Assembly: GCF_030684315.1 (NCBI RefSeq)
Contig: NC_081397.1
Span: forward strand, 14,098,421 to 14,162,420
DNA: 64,000 nt
Reading direction: 5' to 3'
Origin: Stegostoma tigrinum
Lineage: Eukaryota
How positions within the stretch are numbered: the stretch's first letter is position 1; each line of letters opens with the position of its first letter. The position numbers were made by a program, and so were the translations under genes. The notes below the pieces were generated by a model, which saw only the letters and a list, made by a program, of their open reading frames with translations, searched no databases and was not told where the DNA came from. Positions 41,600 through 54,221 of this stretch are shown here, in pieces.

Positions 41600-44500
41600 C
41601 AGTTGCTGTAACTGACAGAGACTGATTGATAATGACATTTATATGTTCATAAAAGCCATCCATCCCTGTCTGTTTCTGCAATGTCAATATGTGAGTTTAG
41701 TCATCAATCTGTTCATGTTAGTTTCTGCCATGTGAATGTTTGAGTGCAGTTATCAGTTTGTTGGTTTTGACAATGTGAATGTGTGAATGTAATGAGCAAT
41801 CTGTATCTGTCACTTTCTGCTGTGTGAATATTTAAACATAGGCATCAGTTTGCACCTGTCAGTTTCTTCCATGTGAAAGTAGTTATCAATCTTTGCCTGT
41901 CAGTTCAGCTTTTGTCAATATGAGAGAGTAGTTATCAAGTTTTACCTGTCAGTTTCTGCAAAGGGAATGTGAGAGCACATTTGTCAATCCATGTAGGTCA
42001 GTTGCTGCTTTTCAATGTGTGTAATTATCAATTTTTACCCATCCAATTCTGATTTGTAAAAAAAAAACTAAGATAGTTATCAAACTGTACCTGTCAGTTT
42101 TTGGTAGATGGAACTGGTATCATCATGGTTCCAAGATAATAAAATGTGAGGCTGGATGAACAGAGCAGGCCAAGCAGCATCTCAGGAGCACAAAAGCTGA
42201 CGTTTCGGGCCTAGACCCTTCATCAGAGAAGGGGATGGGGAGAGGGAACTGGAATAAATAGGGAGAGAGGAGGAGGCGGACCGAAGATGGAGAGTAAAGA
42301 AGATAGGTGGAGAGAGTGTAGGTGGGGAGGTAGGGAGGGGATAGGTCAGTCCAGGGAAGACGGACAGGTCAAGGAGGTGGGATGAGGTTAGTAGGTAGCT
42401 GGGGGTGCGGCTTGGGGCGGGAGGAAGGGATGGGTGAGAGGAAGAGCCGGTTAGGGAGGCAGAGACAGGTTGGACTGGTTTTGGGATGCAGTGGGTGGGG
42501 GGGAAGAGCTGGGCTGGTTGTGTGGTGCAGTGGGGAGAGGGGACAAACTAGGCTGGTTTAGGGATGCAGTAGGGGAAGGGGAGATTTTGAAACTGGTGAA
42601 GTCCACATTGATACCATATGGCTGCAGGGTTCCCAGGCAGAATATGAGTTGCTCTTCCTGCAACCTTCGGGTGGCATCATTGTGGCAGTGCAGGAGGCCC
42701 ATGATGGACATGTCATCTAGAGAATGGGAGGGGGAGTGGAAATGGTTTGCAACTGGGAGGTGCAGTTGTTTGTTGCGAACTGAGCGGAGGTGTTCTGCAA
42801 AGCGGTCCCCAAGTCTCTACTTGGTTTCCCCAATGTAGAGGAAGCCGCACCGGGTACAGTGGATGCAATATACCACATTGGCAGATGTGCAGGTGAACCT
42901 CTGCTTAATGTGCAATGTCATCTTGGGGCCTGGGATAGGGGTGAGGGAGGAGGTGTGGGGACAAGTGTAGCATTTCCTGCGGTTGCAGCGGAAGGTGCCG
43001 GGTGTGGTGGGTTTGGAGGGCAGTGTGGACCGAACAAGGGAGTCACGGAGAGAGTGGTCTCTCCGGAAAGCAGACAGGGGAGGGGATGGAAAAATGTCTT
43101 GGGTGGTCGGGTCGGATTGTAAATGGCGGAAGTGTCGGAGGATGATGCGTTGTATCCGGAGGTTGGTGGGGTGGTGTGTGAGAACGAGGGGGATCCTCTT
43201 GGGGCGGTTGTGGCGGGGGCGGGGTGTGAGGGATGTGTTGCGGGAAATACGGGAGACGCGGTCAAGGGCATTCTCGATCACTGTGGGGGGAAAGTTGCGG
43301 TCCTTAAAGAACTTGGACATCTGGGATGTGCGGGAGTGGAATGTCTGATCATGGGAGCAGATGCGGTGGAGGCGGAGGAATTGGGAGTAGGGGATGGAAT
43401 TTTTGCAGGAGGGTGGGTGGGAGGAGGTGTATTGGGCCTCCTGCACTGCCACAATGATGCCACCCAAAGGTTGCAGGAACAGCAACTCATATTCCGCCTG
43501 GGGACCCTGCAGCCATATGGTATCAATGTGGACTTCACCAGTTTCAAAATCTCCCCTTCCCCTACTGCATCCCTAAACCAGCCTAGTTCGTCCCCTCTCC
43601 CCACTGCACCACACAACCAGCCCAGCTCTTCCCCCCCACCCACTGCATCCCAAAACCAGTCCAACCTGTCTCTGCCTCCCTAACCGGCTCTTCCTCTCAC
43701 CCATCCCTTCCTCCCACCCCAAGCCGCACCCCCAGCTACCGACTAACCTCATCCCACCTCCTTGACCTGTCCGTCTTCCCTGGACTGACCTATCCCCTCC
43801 CTACCTCCTCACCTATACTCTCTCCACCTATCTTCTTTACTCTCCATCTTCGGTCCGCCTCCCCCTCTCTCCCTATTTATTCCAGTTCCCTCTCCCCATC
43901 CCCCTCTCTGATGAAGGGTCTAGGCCCGAAACGTCAGCTTTTGTGCTCCTGAGATGCTGCTTGGCCTGCTGTGTTCATCCAGCCTCACATTTTATTATCT
44001 TGGAATTCTCCAGCATCTGCAGTTCCCATTATCTCTCATCATGGTTCCAGTCAGTTTCTGCTATGTGCTGCCTTGAGCATATTTACTAATCTGTCACTTT
44101 CAGTTTCTCCTGTATATCTGACAGTGGAGTTACTGATCTCTACCCGTTTCTGCTTTATGAATGCGTGAAAGCATTTATCATTCTCTCCCCATCAGTTTAA
44201 GCTATGTGAACGAATGCATTTATCATTCTGTCCCTGTCAGTGTCTGTAATGAGAATATTCAAACGTGTTTGTGCAATTATTATTCTATCCCTGATAGTTT
44301 CTGCTCTGTGAATATGTGCTTCAGTTATCAAAAAATACCTGTCAGTTTCTACTTAGGGAATGTGTGAACACTGTTTTTCATTTGTACCTGTCAGCTTTGG
44401 TTTTGTGAATAATTGTCTGCAGTAATTAATCTGTACCTGCCAGAGCTTTCACGTGAAGATGTGAATATGATCATTAATCTGTCCCTCTCAGTTTCTGCTC

Positions 44501-45165
44501 AGTAATATGTGTGTTTAGTCATCAATCTGCAGCCATCACTTCCTGCCTCGTGAATGCGGGACTGTATTATGAATATGTCTAAGGTTCCTGAGTATATTTG
44601 TAGGTTAGGTCGTGGATACTGTGGTTGGTTCGCTTGCCGAGCTGGTTCATTCATTTGCAGATGTTTCATGACCCTGATGGGTAATATCATCGGAAACTGC
44701 AATGAAATGTTTGCAAGCTAATGAACCAGCTCAGCAAGCAAACCAATTACGTGTTACGAAAATATGCCTGTCAAATTCATCTATGAATATCCAAGTGTCG
44801 CTATCAGTCTCTCAATGTTTATGCTTTTTCCTTCTATAACGTGTGCATGCATTTCTCAATTTTTCCCAGTTTTTTGTGGTCTGAATGTGTCCAATTATAA
44901 TTCTGTCCTTATCATTTTCTGATATGCGAATATGAGAGTGTACTTATCACTATGTGCGTGTCAGTTTCTTCCCTATGGCTGTGAGAGTGTATTTACCCAC
45001 TTGTCCCAGTCAGATCCTGCTCTAAATCTGAGTGACTAGTTATTAACCTCTTCCTGTCGCTATCTGATTAGTGAATGTGTGAATGCACTTGTCATTCTCT
45101 CCCTGTCAAGTTTCTGCTGTGTGAATGTGCAAGTGAAGTTCTCAACCTGTGACTGTCAGTTTCAA
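41600..45165. repeat. Degenerate ~49-bp satellite array interrupted by Penelope-like insertions
   Basis: Units at 41600-42119 and 44050-45165. Confidence 0.8.
42134..44035 (-). mobile_element. Young Penelope-like (Neptune-type) element, 5'-truncated, with ~571-bp inverted terminal segments
   Basis: Minus ORF with CNRRKCYTC linker and GIY-YIG NVVYCIHCTRCGFLYIGET (premature stop at 42817). Arms 42131-42701 and 43433-44003; 14-bp TSD TCATCATGGTTCCA. Confidence 0.92.
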
Positions 45166-45239
45166 TCAAATATTCTACTTTTAGAAGTTGCAGGTTTTCT
45201 TTGATGTTCAAATATCTGCTCCACAACACAAATCAGATT

Positions 45240-45760
45240 TTACTTGTTGCCAAATGTGTAAAGTGCTAGAAATGAAACTGTTAGAGCTTTTAGCATTGAC
45301 TGTCTCTGGCAGAGTGCCTGAGGGCTGAGGATATTCCACAATATTCAGGCTGTGGTACAGTTGAAATTTTATTCTGGGATTGGTCACTGTCTTGTCTAAA
45401 TGTGCTCAGAGTTTAATATTCATTTTCTTTGAAAGTTCACCATACAATATCCTCTTCAATTTATTGGAACAGTTCATGAGAATTCTGCTAGAAAAGTCAA
45501 CAGCTTTTTTTTCTCTGATGGAGCGACCAAATGATATTTAGTTTATGATCACAGCAATTACCATGGATTTAAATGATGGGAATTGGACTCCTTAGCTCAA
45601 ATTCTGTTCTGTTTATCTCTTATCATGAAAAGCTAGCTCTCTGATCTGAAATCCATGACAAGAAATCATTTTGAATGTTACATGTTCTGAGGCTTGCAGT
45701 GTATGTGATTTTCATGGCTGTTACATGTTGTAGCACGTGTTGGGATTGTGCAGGTATTTG
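45240..45760 (-). mobile_element. Possible very old RTE-type LINE fragment
   Basis: Minus-strand LKRILYGEL resembles the RTE RT C-terminal motif. Confidence 0.35.
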
Positions 45761-45774
45761 CAACTCATTGTAAA

Positions 45775-45776
<2 letters not shown>

Positions 45777-45821
<45 letters not shown>
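45777..45821. repeat. (TG)n microsatellite
   Basis: About 22 perfect TG units. Confidence 0.98.
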
Positions 45822-45823
<2 letters not shown>

Positions 45824-47530
45824 TGAGAGTGTGTTGTTTATGTTCATGCGAGCACGAGATTGTGACAGCGAAAAATCACGTGCACTCAGTAAGCATTCTC
45901 TGTCAGGTGTTGGCACAGGACATGGGCATTTAAAAGTCATGTTACTTAATTGTTCTGTCTCTGCCTGGGACACGTGTTGGGCAAACGATCAAGACTGTCC
46001 CTGCTCAGTTACTGATGTGAATGTTTCCACCCATATCTGTACTCATTACCTACCTCACATATGGTTGGTGTAACTATGCAATGGCATGAACTAATTATTC
46101 ACCTTAACAAGGTGCACTAAGTATTCCTTTCGTGATACAGGAAAGCCTCCGGAGACTAATTAATATCTCTATATGAAGCTTTTTCCCTAATGCTTTTAGC
46201 GATCTTTGTATTTTATGAAGCACATATATTTCGAGATTTCAACATAATTATATGAAGAATCTTTAACTAAAAGTATTTCTTAATACCATGAATAATTTCA
46301 AAGAAACAACGAATTGCTTCATATGTTTTTTTTCTGCAGTTTTTATGAAATTCTAGGCTGACTGTCATCTGGGATCATTCACGTCACTTTCCCGAACTGA
46401 CTCTGTTCACCTAAAGGGACAACTTCCTTTCATTAATGAGATTGGAATTAATCATAACTGTAATTGAATGAACGTGTTTGATCCTCTGGTACTTATGTGA
46501 GCCATAATCCCATTAGTTCATCTGTTTGTTATTGCAGGAGTTTACCGTCCCCTTCAATGTTTGTTCCAAATCTTCAAACAGTCTCGCACAAACCTTCTTG
46601 CAGTTGTTTATGCAAATGCTCCCTTTTGTGTCAGAATAACATCTTCTCTTCTAATAGTAACACCTCTAATTTTTTATTCATTCACAGCATGATGGTGTTG
46701 CTGACTCGGCTCACATTTATTGCCTGCACCTAATTGCCCAGAAAGCAGTTCAGAGTCAACCTCATTGCTGTGGGTCTGGAGTCACACGTAGGCCAGACCA
46801 GGTAAGCATGCCAGTTTCCTTCCCTCAAGGACACAAGTGAAGCCAGATGGATTCTTTTTCCTGACAACAGACAATGGATTCATTGTCATCATTACATTCT
46901 TAATTCCAGATGTTTTTTTAATTCAAATTCCACCATCTGCTGTGGCAGTGATTGAAGCCATGTCCCCAGAATGTTGTCTGGTCTCTGCATTAACAGTCCA
47001 GTGATACGACCACTAAGTCAATGCCTCCCAGATCTGGTGGCCTTTGTTCAGAACTGAGGAAGCATACCAGGCCTGAAACGTTAACTCTGATTTCTCATCA
47101 CAGATGCTGCCAGACCTGCTGTGCTTTTCCAGAATCTTCTGTTTATTAATTGTCTTCCTTAGTCACTGATAACATCTAAAGTTTCCTTCCATGTCTGTAC
47201 CCAATATCCACTCCATACATGGTTATATTGTAACAGTGACAACTTGATCTATTTATATACCTTGACTGTAACTTTAAAAATGCCCTTCCTCACCAAGCAT
47301 TCAATGCAGTTAGTGAGCATATATTTGTGATGAAGATTCAATTAATCCCTCTTCAAATGCTAAAAATGACAATGGGCTTTCAAAGACGAACTTTACTGGA
47401 ATTGCACTGGGTTTTGGTGATGTTGTTTGGCCCTTGGATTGAATGTAGATATCTGGAATTTGAGCTCAATGCAAGTCTTACCCCTATGACTGTGGAAAGT
47501 AAATTCTCCACTCTGACAGTGCTAACATAC

Positions 47531-47631
47531 CTGCTGTTTGGTTGGAGCAGCTGGTCACACATGCTGTACCAAGTAAATATGAAATTGCCTTGGCCCATCA
47601 AGTATTTGCCTGGAGGAAGAACAGAATTCTC
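47531..47631 (-). other. Exon-like module B (paralogues at 12273-12376, 19221-19312, 36138-36244)
   Basis: Bounded by TTTACAG|GAG and CAG|GTATGT. The donor is kept in all four diverged copies and the acceptor in three. Confidence 0.55.
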
Positions 47632-48075
47632 CTGTAAATCAACATCCAACGAGTTTGCAAATATTAAAACTGATCAAGGCAAAATTGAATTAATACTCAT
47701 AACACTTCGTTGTTTTAAAGCCAACAATTCAAACAGAGAAGAGGCTGGCTCCATAATTTACCTGAGCTCCTCCTCGTCTCTTTCTTTATGCGAAATTCTG
47801 AAACAATTTATTAAGAGACAATGAATTGAATGCTTACACAGTTCAATACCCAGCTCCCAATACACTACCCATTTAAAGGAAGGACAACAGACACTATTTA
47901 AAACAAAACACACTACGAGTGCTGCGTTTATCCTTTACATGATTAACACATTTGTCTGTACTGTGACTTCTTTACGATTCAATGCCAATTCGCAACAAAC
48001 AACGTGAAACAGAAGCTAAACGAGGAATTACCATCAGCGTTCGGAGAATTAAATATCACAAGACTGAACCCCCCG

Positions 48076-48505
48076 CCCCAGCAGCCGCTTCTTGCCGCTG
48101 TGTCTCCCTCCGCAGGCCCACACACAGCCCGAGAAAGGCCTCTCTCTCCCCGCCCCCAGGCCGCTCACTCCAAGTTCCGGGACCAGTTCCTGCTCCGCTC
48201 CGCCTCTTACCTACAGCCCCCGGTTCTCCCTGAACTGAGCCCGAATCAATGCCGGTCTCGGAGCCCCCTCTGTGTCCCAGACTCACATCTCGATGCGCTG
48301 CTGGAAGGAGCCTGCTGTTCCCTCGCTTCCCTGGGCGCTGATCTCTCCATCGCGGCCTGTTTCAAACAAACCTCTTCAACTAACTGAGTCAATGCTCCTC
48401 AATGGCAGCGCTGGGGGAGGGCCTCACGCATGCGCTCCTCCAGTCACAACATGCAGCTTTTTGGTTGTTTTGGGGAGGGGGAGTGAAAAATTATCGCGCA
48501 TGCGC
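48076..48505 (-). promoter_or_regulatory. CpG-rich promoter/first-exon-like element, copy 2
   Basis: NRF1 motifs at 48426 and 48496 (perfect GCGCATGCGC); minus-strand GCCGCGATGG at 48350; donors GTGAGT (48286) and AG|GTAAGA (48210). Confidence 0.65.
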
Positions 48506-49699
48506 TGCTTTTCACAAAGATTCCCATAAACTAACATCAATTGGCCATTGACAGTAGGAACTGCAGATGCTGGAGAATCTGAGACAACAAGGTTAGAGCT
48601 GGATAAACACGGCAGGCCCAGCAGCGTCAGAAGATCAGGGAGGCTGACCTTTCGGTCCTCGGCCCTTCTTCAGAAAAGACTCCCGGCCCGAAACGTCCGC
48701 CTTCCTGCTCCTCTGATGCTGCTGGGCCTGCTGTGTCCATCCAGCTCCAAACCTTGTTATCCAATGGTCTTTTCCGTAATTCCCTTCACTCCCAGTGTGA
48801 GCAAAGCAAGTGGTGCTGTTGGGGAAAGGGCAGGGAACGTTTCAAGCTGGGGCTTTGGCTCTTTCTGAACCTTCAATGGAGATTATTCCGGATCATGTTA
48901 ATAACTGCCTCCCTCCGGCTCTCTTACAATCTGATGGGGAAGCACTGATGCTGACGGCCATTCCATTCATTTAATGCGCTTCACCATTCTATAACATCAC
49001 GTCGGATCTCATGTCAACTGCAGTTTTCATTCCTGCTGACCTTCGCCTCATTTTAACTCTGTCAAACTAACATACAGAGCGATGGAATAAATGGGACATT
49101 TGAAGGAAGGCAGAATACAACTGTTGGATGGAGTCTTGCGGCGCAGGGGTAATGTCACTATTTATGGGTCAGGTGGACCGTGCTGAAGTTACACACGAAC
49201 GAAAGTTTTTCAATATCATATCTGAATGCCTCCAGATGCAAATACCAGTTTCGAAAAGATGACTGATTTTGTATGCTGCAGACAGAAACCTTCTGATGAA
49301 AGGGATACCTCAACCACAGACCCTAAATGTTCTTGTTTACTCACTCCTGGGACGTGGATGTCGCTGGCTGGGCCAAAATTGTTTGCCCGTCCCGAGTCAC
49401 CCCCCGCGCCACCCCCCCCCCCGCCCCGAGAAGGTGCTGCCGAGCCGTCTTCCAGAACAATTGTCGTCCGTGTACTGCTCACATTGCCGTTAGTAGGGAG
49501 TTCCAGGGTCTTGATCCAACGACAGTGAAGCAAAGGGGATATATTTCTAAGTTAGTATAGTGGATGGCTTGGAGGAGAACTTGCCCTCGATCTTGCCCAG
49601 TGTTCCTAAACATCAGCCGCCCAAATTCTTTATACTGATGTATTCGTGAGTATGGAAGGTGCTCTTTTTACAGTTTACAAAACTGTCTTTTCAGAGGGC

Positions 49700-52360
49700 A
49701 ATTTAACACCGTGTTTGATCCACGGTGGAGGCGTACAAATGGAGAAGAAAATGAACTTGAAAGAAAATAAAAGTCCCTGAACTTGGGGAACATTTCAAAA
49801 TCTGGAATGAAGGAACAAACAAATGCATTGATTATGAATGAGAAAATGAGGAAAAGTTTTTTACAATTGCAGAAATCTTTGAAAAAATAACTGTTAATGT
49901 CTTGATAAATATGTAAAAGGAGAATGGAAATAAATCTAGGTTGGTAAACACAAATGCACATCACTTACAATCAAAAAGAGGGGAGTCCATTGTGAGGAAT
50001 AAAAAAAAGGCTATCCAACTGACTACTTACTGTTGTTCTATGTTCACACAGGGTGACACACATAACACGTCAGGAATGTTGTGGAAAACAGAGTTTAGTG
50101 AGAGGGAGACTCTGAATCAAGCCAGTATTATTCAGTAAATTGTGTTGGGAAAATTGGTAGTACTGAAGGCTTGGAAGTACCGGGGACTGATAACTTATGT
50201 GCCAGAGCTCTTAGTGGCCGTATTGGTGATGATGTTCCAAACCTTCATAGGTGCTACAATAATTTCCAAAGATTGGAGGGTAGCTAATGTCAACAATCTA
50301 TTTGTAAAGGGAGTGTTGAGGTAAAACTTGTAATTTTAGACCATTCAGCCTGCAGGAAAAAAATGCAGATAATTGGAATGAAATGTCAGGATCAGACAGA
50401 GTCAGCATGGATTTGAAAGAACTGTTCCTCTGCTGTACTATTCAATGTTCCCAGCCTGATTAATCTACTGGATTAGGGATGTTAAAGCAGAGCTGTTCAT
50501 TTTAATTTACCAAAAAGCTTTTTTAACAAAATCCCACAAAAGATGTTATCGTGTTAACACCAAGGAACTGTGATTGGTGCAAAGCATTCAGAATGATTAA
50601 AAAAAAACTCTAGCTGGATAACAAGAGATATGGAGAGGGAAGAAATGATTTTTTTTTCCTCAATGACAAGAATCAGTTTTAGGATCAAACGTCTTCACAA
50701 CATGTTCACAGTAATTTAGATATTTGTAACAAGACCCGGGTGTCTCCTACGCTAATCACTGAAAGTAAGCATGCAGATGCACCAGGCAATGAGGAAGGCG
50801 AGAGGTATGTTGGCCTTTGTGGAAAGTGAATTTGAGTACAGGAGAAACAGTGAATTGTGACAATTTATCAGGGCATCTGTGAGGCAACACATAGAATACT
50901 GAGAGCAGATTTGGCCTCCTTACTGAGGAAGGATGGTGTTGCTGTGAAGGTAATTTTAACAGGCAGATTGCTGGGATGGAAGGAGAGGTTGAATTAGTTG
51001 TGAATATATGTGCTGAAAGTTAGAAGAATGAGGGATTCTCTTAGAAATCTGTAAGACACTGTCAGACCGAGAAAGTGTAAATGCAGAAAAATATTCCTGT
51101 TGGTAGGAGTCATATTTTTAGGAGAAAGGATAACCCTTTCATGACTGAGAAGCCGAGAGTCTACTTAATTCAGAAAGTGGTGATCTTGTGAAATTCCCTG
51201 CCACAGAAATCAGCCACGTTCAACACATTGTATGAGTTCAGTATGGTGCAGGTGTAGCACTTGTGGCCAAAGGGAAGCAAGGTATAATTGGCTGAATGGC
51301 AAGTGACAGAGAGTGAAGATGGAGGGTTGTTTTTTCGACTGTAGGCCTGTCATCCAGAGGTGCTCCCCAGGGATTGGGACTGAGTCCTCTTTCGCTTGTC
51401 ATTATATAAATGATATGAATGAGAAGAGAGAAGTCATGGCAAACACGTTTGTAGATGATAACAAACTCAGCAGCATAGTATTCAGAGGAGAATGAGTCCT
51501 AAGATATCAAATGGATCTCGATCCTTTACCTCGATGGGCTGCAAAATGACAGATAGAATTCAATCTGGATGAATGCAACATTTTGCATTTTGGAGCAACT
51601 TACAGAAGTAGGCCTTGAATGATTAATGGTAGGTCCTTGGTAGTGTTGTAGGACCTATCCTGTTGAAGTCTGCATCACTTCTAAACGGGTTGTTTATGAA
51701 GGCATGCTTACCTTCATTGCACAGTCCTTTGAGATTATGAGGTGGGTAGTCACATTGAGGTTGAGAGGTCACCTTATAGAAGTGTTTAAAATAATGAGGG
51801 GATGAGACAGTGTTGACTGACGTTGTCCTTTTCCTGAGTTGTGGGTGGCGGCTGGGGAGGAATTGAAGACTAGGGCGAACATTTTTCATGTGACGGGAGA
51901 TAAATTTTTAAAAAGACACTTGCGTTTTGTTTTTGAACAGAGCATGGGCGCATGTGGAATGAAGCTCCTGACGAAATCGTCTCTATGCCTACAACTATAA
52001 CATTAAAACGACATTTGGATAAGTACATAAATAAGAAAGGAAATAGGCCAAGGACAGATCGGTGGAATTAGTTCAGTCTGGCATTATATTCGCCATGTTA
52101 TGGTCGGACTGAAGGTTATGCATCCTTGTTGAATGTGTCCATGTGAGAGAAAAACGGGCACAGGCTATTGAGTTGGATGATCTGCCATTCTCATGATGAG
52201 TTGGAGGGGAGGTTTGAAGGAGCTGTCTGATGAAGGGTCTAGGCCCGAAACGTCAGCTTTTGTGCTGCTGAGATGCTGCTTGGCCTGCTGTGTTCATCCA
52301 GCTTCACAATTTGTTATCTTGGTTTGAAGGGCTGATTGGTTAGGTCCAGTTGACATTATT
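49700..52360 (+). mobile_element. Highly decayed CR1-like LINE fragments with a pLTR insert at 52225-52320
   Basis: DWRVANV, QSQHGF and FVDDNKL remnants; pLTR bounded by TSD GGTTTGAAGG. Confidence 0.7.
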
Positions 52361-53059
52361 TATGTTTCTATTTCTGTTTATTCCCAGAACCGATGTTGAG
52401 TATTGTCAGCGAAATTAAAAATACTGATCTGGGTGATCAATATAAGTTCAAACCAGATGATTAACTTTTGGAGCTGAATCTGGAGAAGAGCGAATCTCCG
52501 GCGCACAGTCCTCAGAGAGTTTAACACTTACTGAGGAGAAAAACTGCAACTAACTCCCTGGATGTCGGAGCAAAAGCTGAAAGGAAAAGAAAATATATCC
52601 TTCCACATTTACATTTGGCGATATTTCTGGCATGTGACTGTGTGGATGTGAATATTGAATCAGAGAGACAGTGCGAAAAGGGCGGGCGGGTTAGGCGCAC
52701 GTAACTGTGCTTGTCTGTCCGCTCATATCATGATATTTCCGAATTTCTCTTAATCAGATCGAAAATACTTTCAATTCAAGTTATCCTCCTGCTCCCCCAC
52801 TAAACCCCAAAGCTAGAATTCAAAGCTGTGTAATTGTTAATTTTAAGATTTCAGTCTGAAAGTGATGATAATGCCAGCGCTCAGCTCAGAGAGCGCGATG
52901 AGTGCAGCAGCAAAATGCGTTTAACTCGACAACGGAGCCGTCAATTCGAGTGAAAACGCTTCGGCCGCAAACCTTCCCGTGTCAGGGTCAGGAACGATCG
53001 AGCCTGGCTCTCTGGAGATGCGGAATTGCAGAGGAATTGGAGAGTTTCTGCCGAGAGAG

Positions 53060-53066
53060 AAACACA
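53060..53066 (+). promoter_or_regulatory. H1 box (AC box)
   Basis: AAACACA about 150 bp upstream of the H1 ATG; this is the conserved vertebrate H1 promoter element. Confidence 0.75.
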
Positions 53067-53212
53067 GACAGGCAGCAGGAGCAGGGAGCTGAGGGCAGGT
53101 TGTCTCCGCGCCGTCCGCTCGCTGCCTTTAAGTTGCTCAGTGCCGCCACCAGCAGCTTCATTGCTGACCCAGTTCAGTCTGACAGAGAGAGATTCAGCGC
53201 AGAGTTCCCGAC

Positions 53213-53821
53213 ATGAGCGACAGTGCAGCCGCCGAAACGGCTCCTCCAGCCTCCGCTAGCACCAAACCCAAGTCTCCCAAGAAGAAGAAGGCGGCGGCTC
53301 CCAGGAAGAAACCAGCCGGTCCCGGGTTGGGCGAGCGGATTGTGAAGATTGTCGGGGAGAACAGCGATCGGAAGGGGACGTCTCTGGTCGCTATAAAGAA
53401 GGCGCTGCAGAGAAGCGGGGTCAATGTGGAGAAGCAAAATGCACAGATCAGGATGGCTGCCAAGAGGTGCCTGGCGAAAGGCTCCCTGGTTCTGGTGAAG
53501 GGCCAGGGCGTCTCCGGCTCCTTCAAACTCGCAAAGAATCCAGTCAAGGCAAGAGTGGGAAAGAAGGCGAGGCCAGCAGCAGCCGTGAAGAAAACAACGA
53601 GCAAGAAGGTGGCAGCGAAAAAATCCCCAGCCAAGAAAGCGGGCGGCAAGAAGGCAGCAACGCCAAAGAAAGCGGCGAAGAAAGCAGCGCCGAAGAAAAA
53701 GACTCCCGTGAAGAACGTGATAAAGACCAAGAGCCCCAAGGCCGCAAAGCCGGCCCCGAAATCGAGGAAACCGAAGGCCAAGCCCAAAGCGAAAGTGACC
53801 AAGAAAGCAGCAAAGAAATGA
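53213..53821 (+). CDS. H1: Linker histone H1
   Basis: 202 aa, intronless: globular domain (...DRKGTSLVAIKKAL...KGSLVLVKGQGVSGSFKL) and a Lys/Ala/Pro-rich tail with S/TPxK motifs. H1 box AAACACA at 53060; stem-loop at 53858. Confidence 0.97.
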   Translation: MSDSAAAETAPPASASTKPKSPKKKKAAAPRKKPAGPGLGERIVKIVGENSDRKGTSLVAIKKALQRSGVNVEKQNAQIRMAAKRCLAKGSLVLVKGQGVSGSFKLAKNPVKARVGKKARPAAAVKKTTSKKVAAKKSPAKKAGGKKAATPKKAAKKAAPKKKTPVKNVIKTKSPKAAKPAPKSRKPKAKPKAKVTKKAAKK

Positions 53822-53857
53822 AGCAGTCCGTGCAACGTGTAACGACCTGAACCCAAA

Positions 53858-53873
53858 GGCTCTTCTCAGAGCC
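53858..53873 (+). promoter_or_regulatory. Histone 3' stem-loop (H1)
   Basis: GGCTCTTCTCAGAGCC then ACCAC; HDE GAGAGAGCTG at 53888. Confidence 0.96.
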
Positions 53874-54221
53874 ACCACATCTTTCAGGAGAGAGCTGAGC
53901 CCGGATCAAATGATCCCTGTCCTAGCTCCGAGTGCAGGAATAAATTAGACACTAATTTATGTGAATAACCGTTCCGTATTTACCCACCGGATTTACACTC
54001 AGCCCCTCTTCCATACTCTACAATATGTGAGTGTGAGGTCCTGCTCACATGGACCATAGGCTCTAGTGCTTTGTCAGTTCATGTCAGTCTGCTTTTCACA
54101 CATGTAGGGAGAGAGTCTCAAAGAGACTAACACGCCCTGAAACTCCTCTTCACCACACAATCCCCATCAAATGATTTTGTCTCATTCAACTGGGGGAATA
54201 GAAACTGACGTGGAAATTGAA

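Noticed and set aside
48004-48387. Conserved + strand ORF (also 19815-20102)
   Set aside because: Non-ATG starts; the similarity follows from nucleotide identity of the CpG element, whose splice and Kozak signals point to the - strand.
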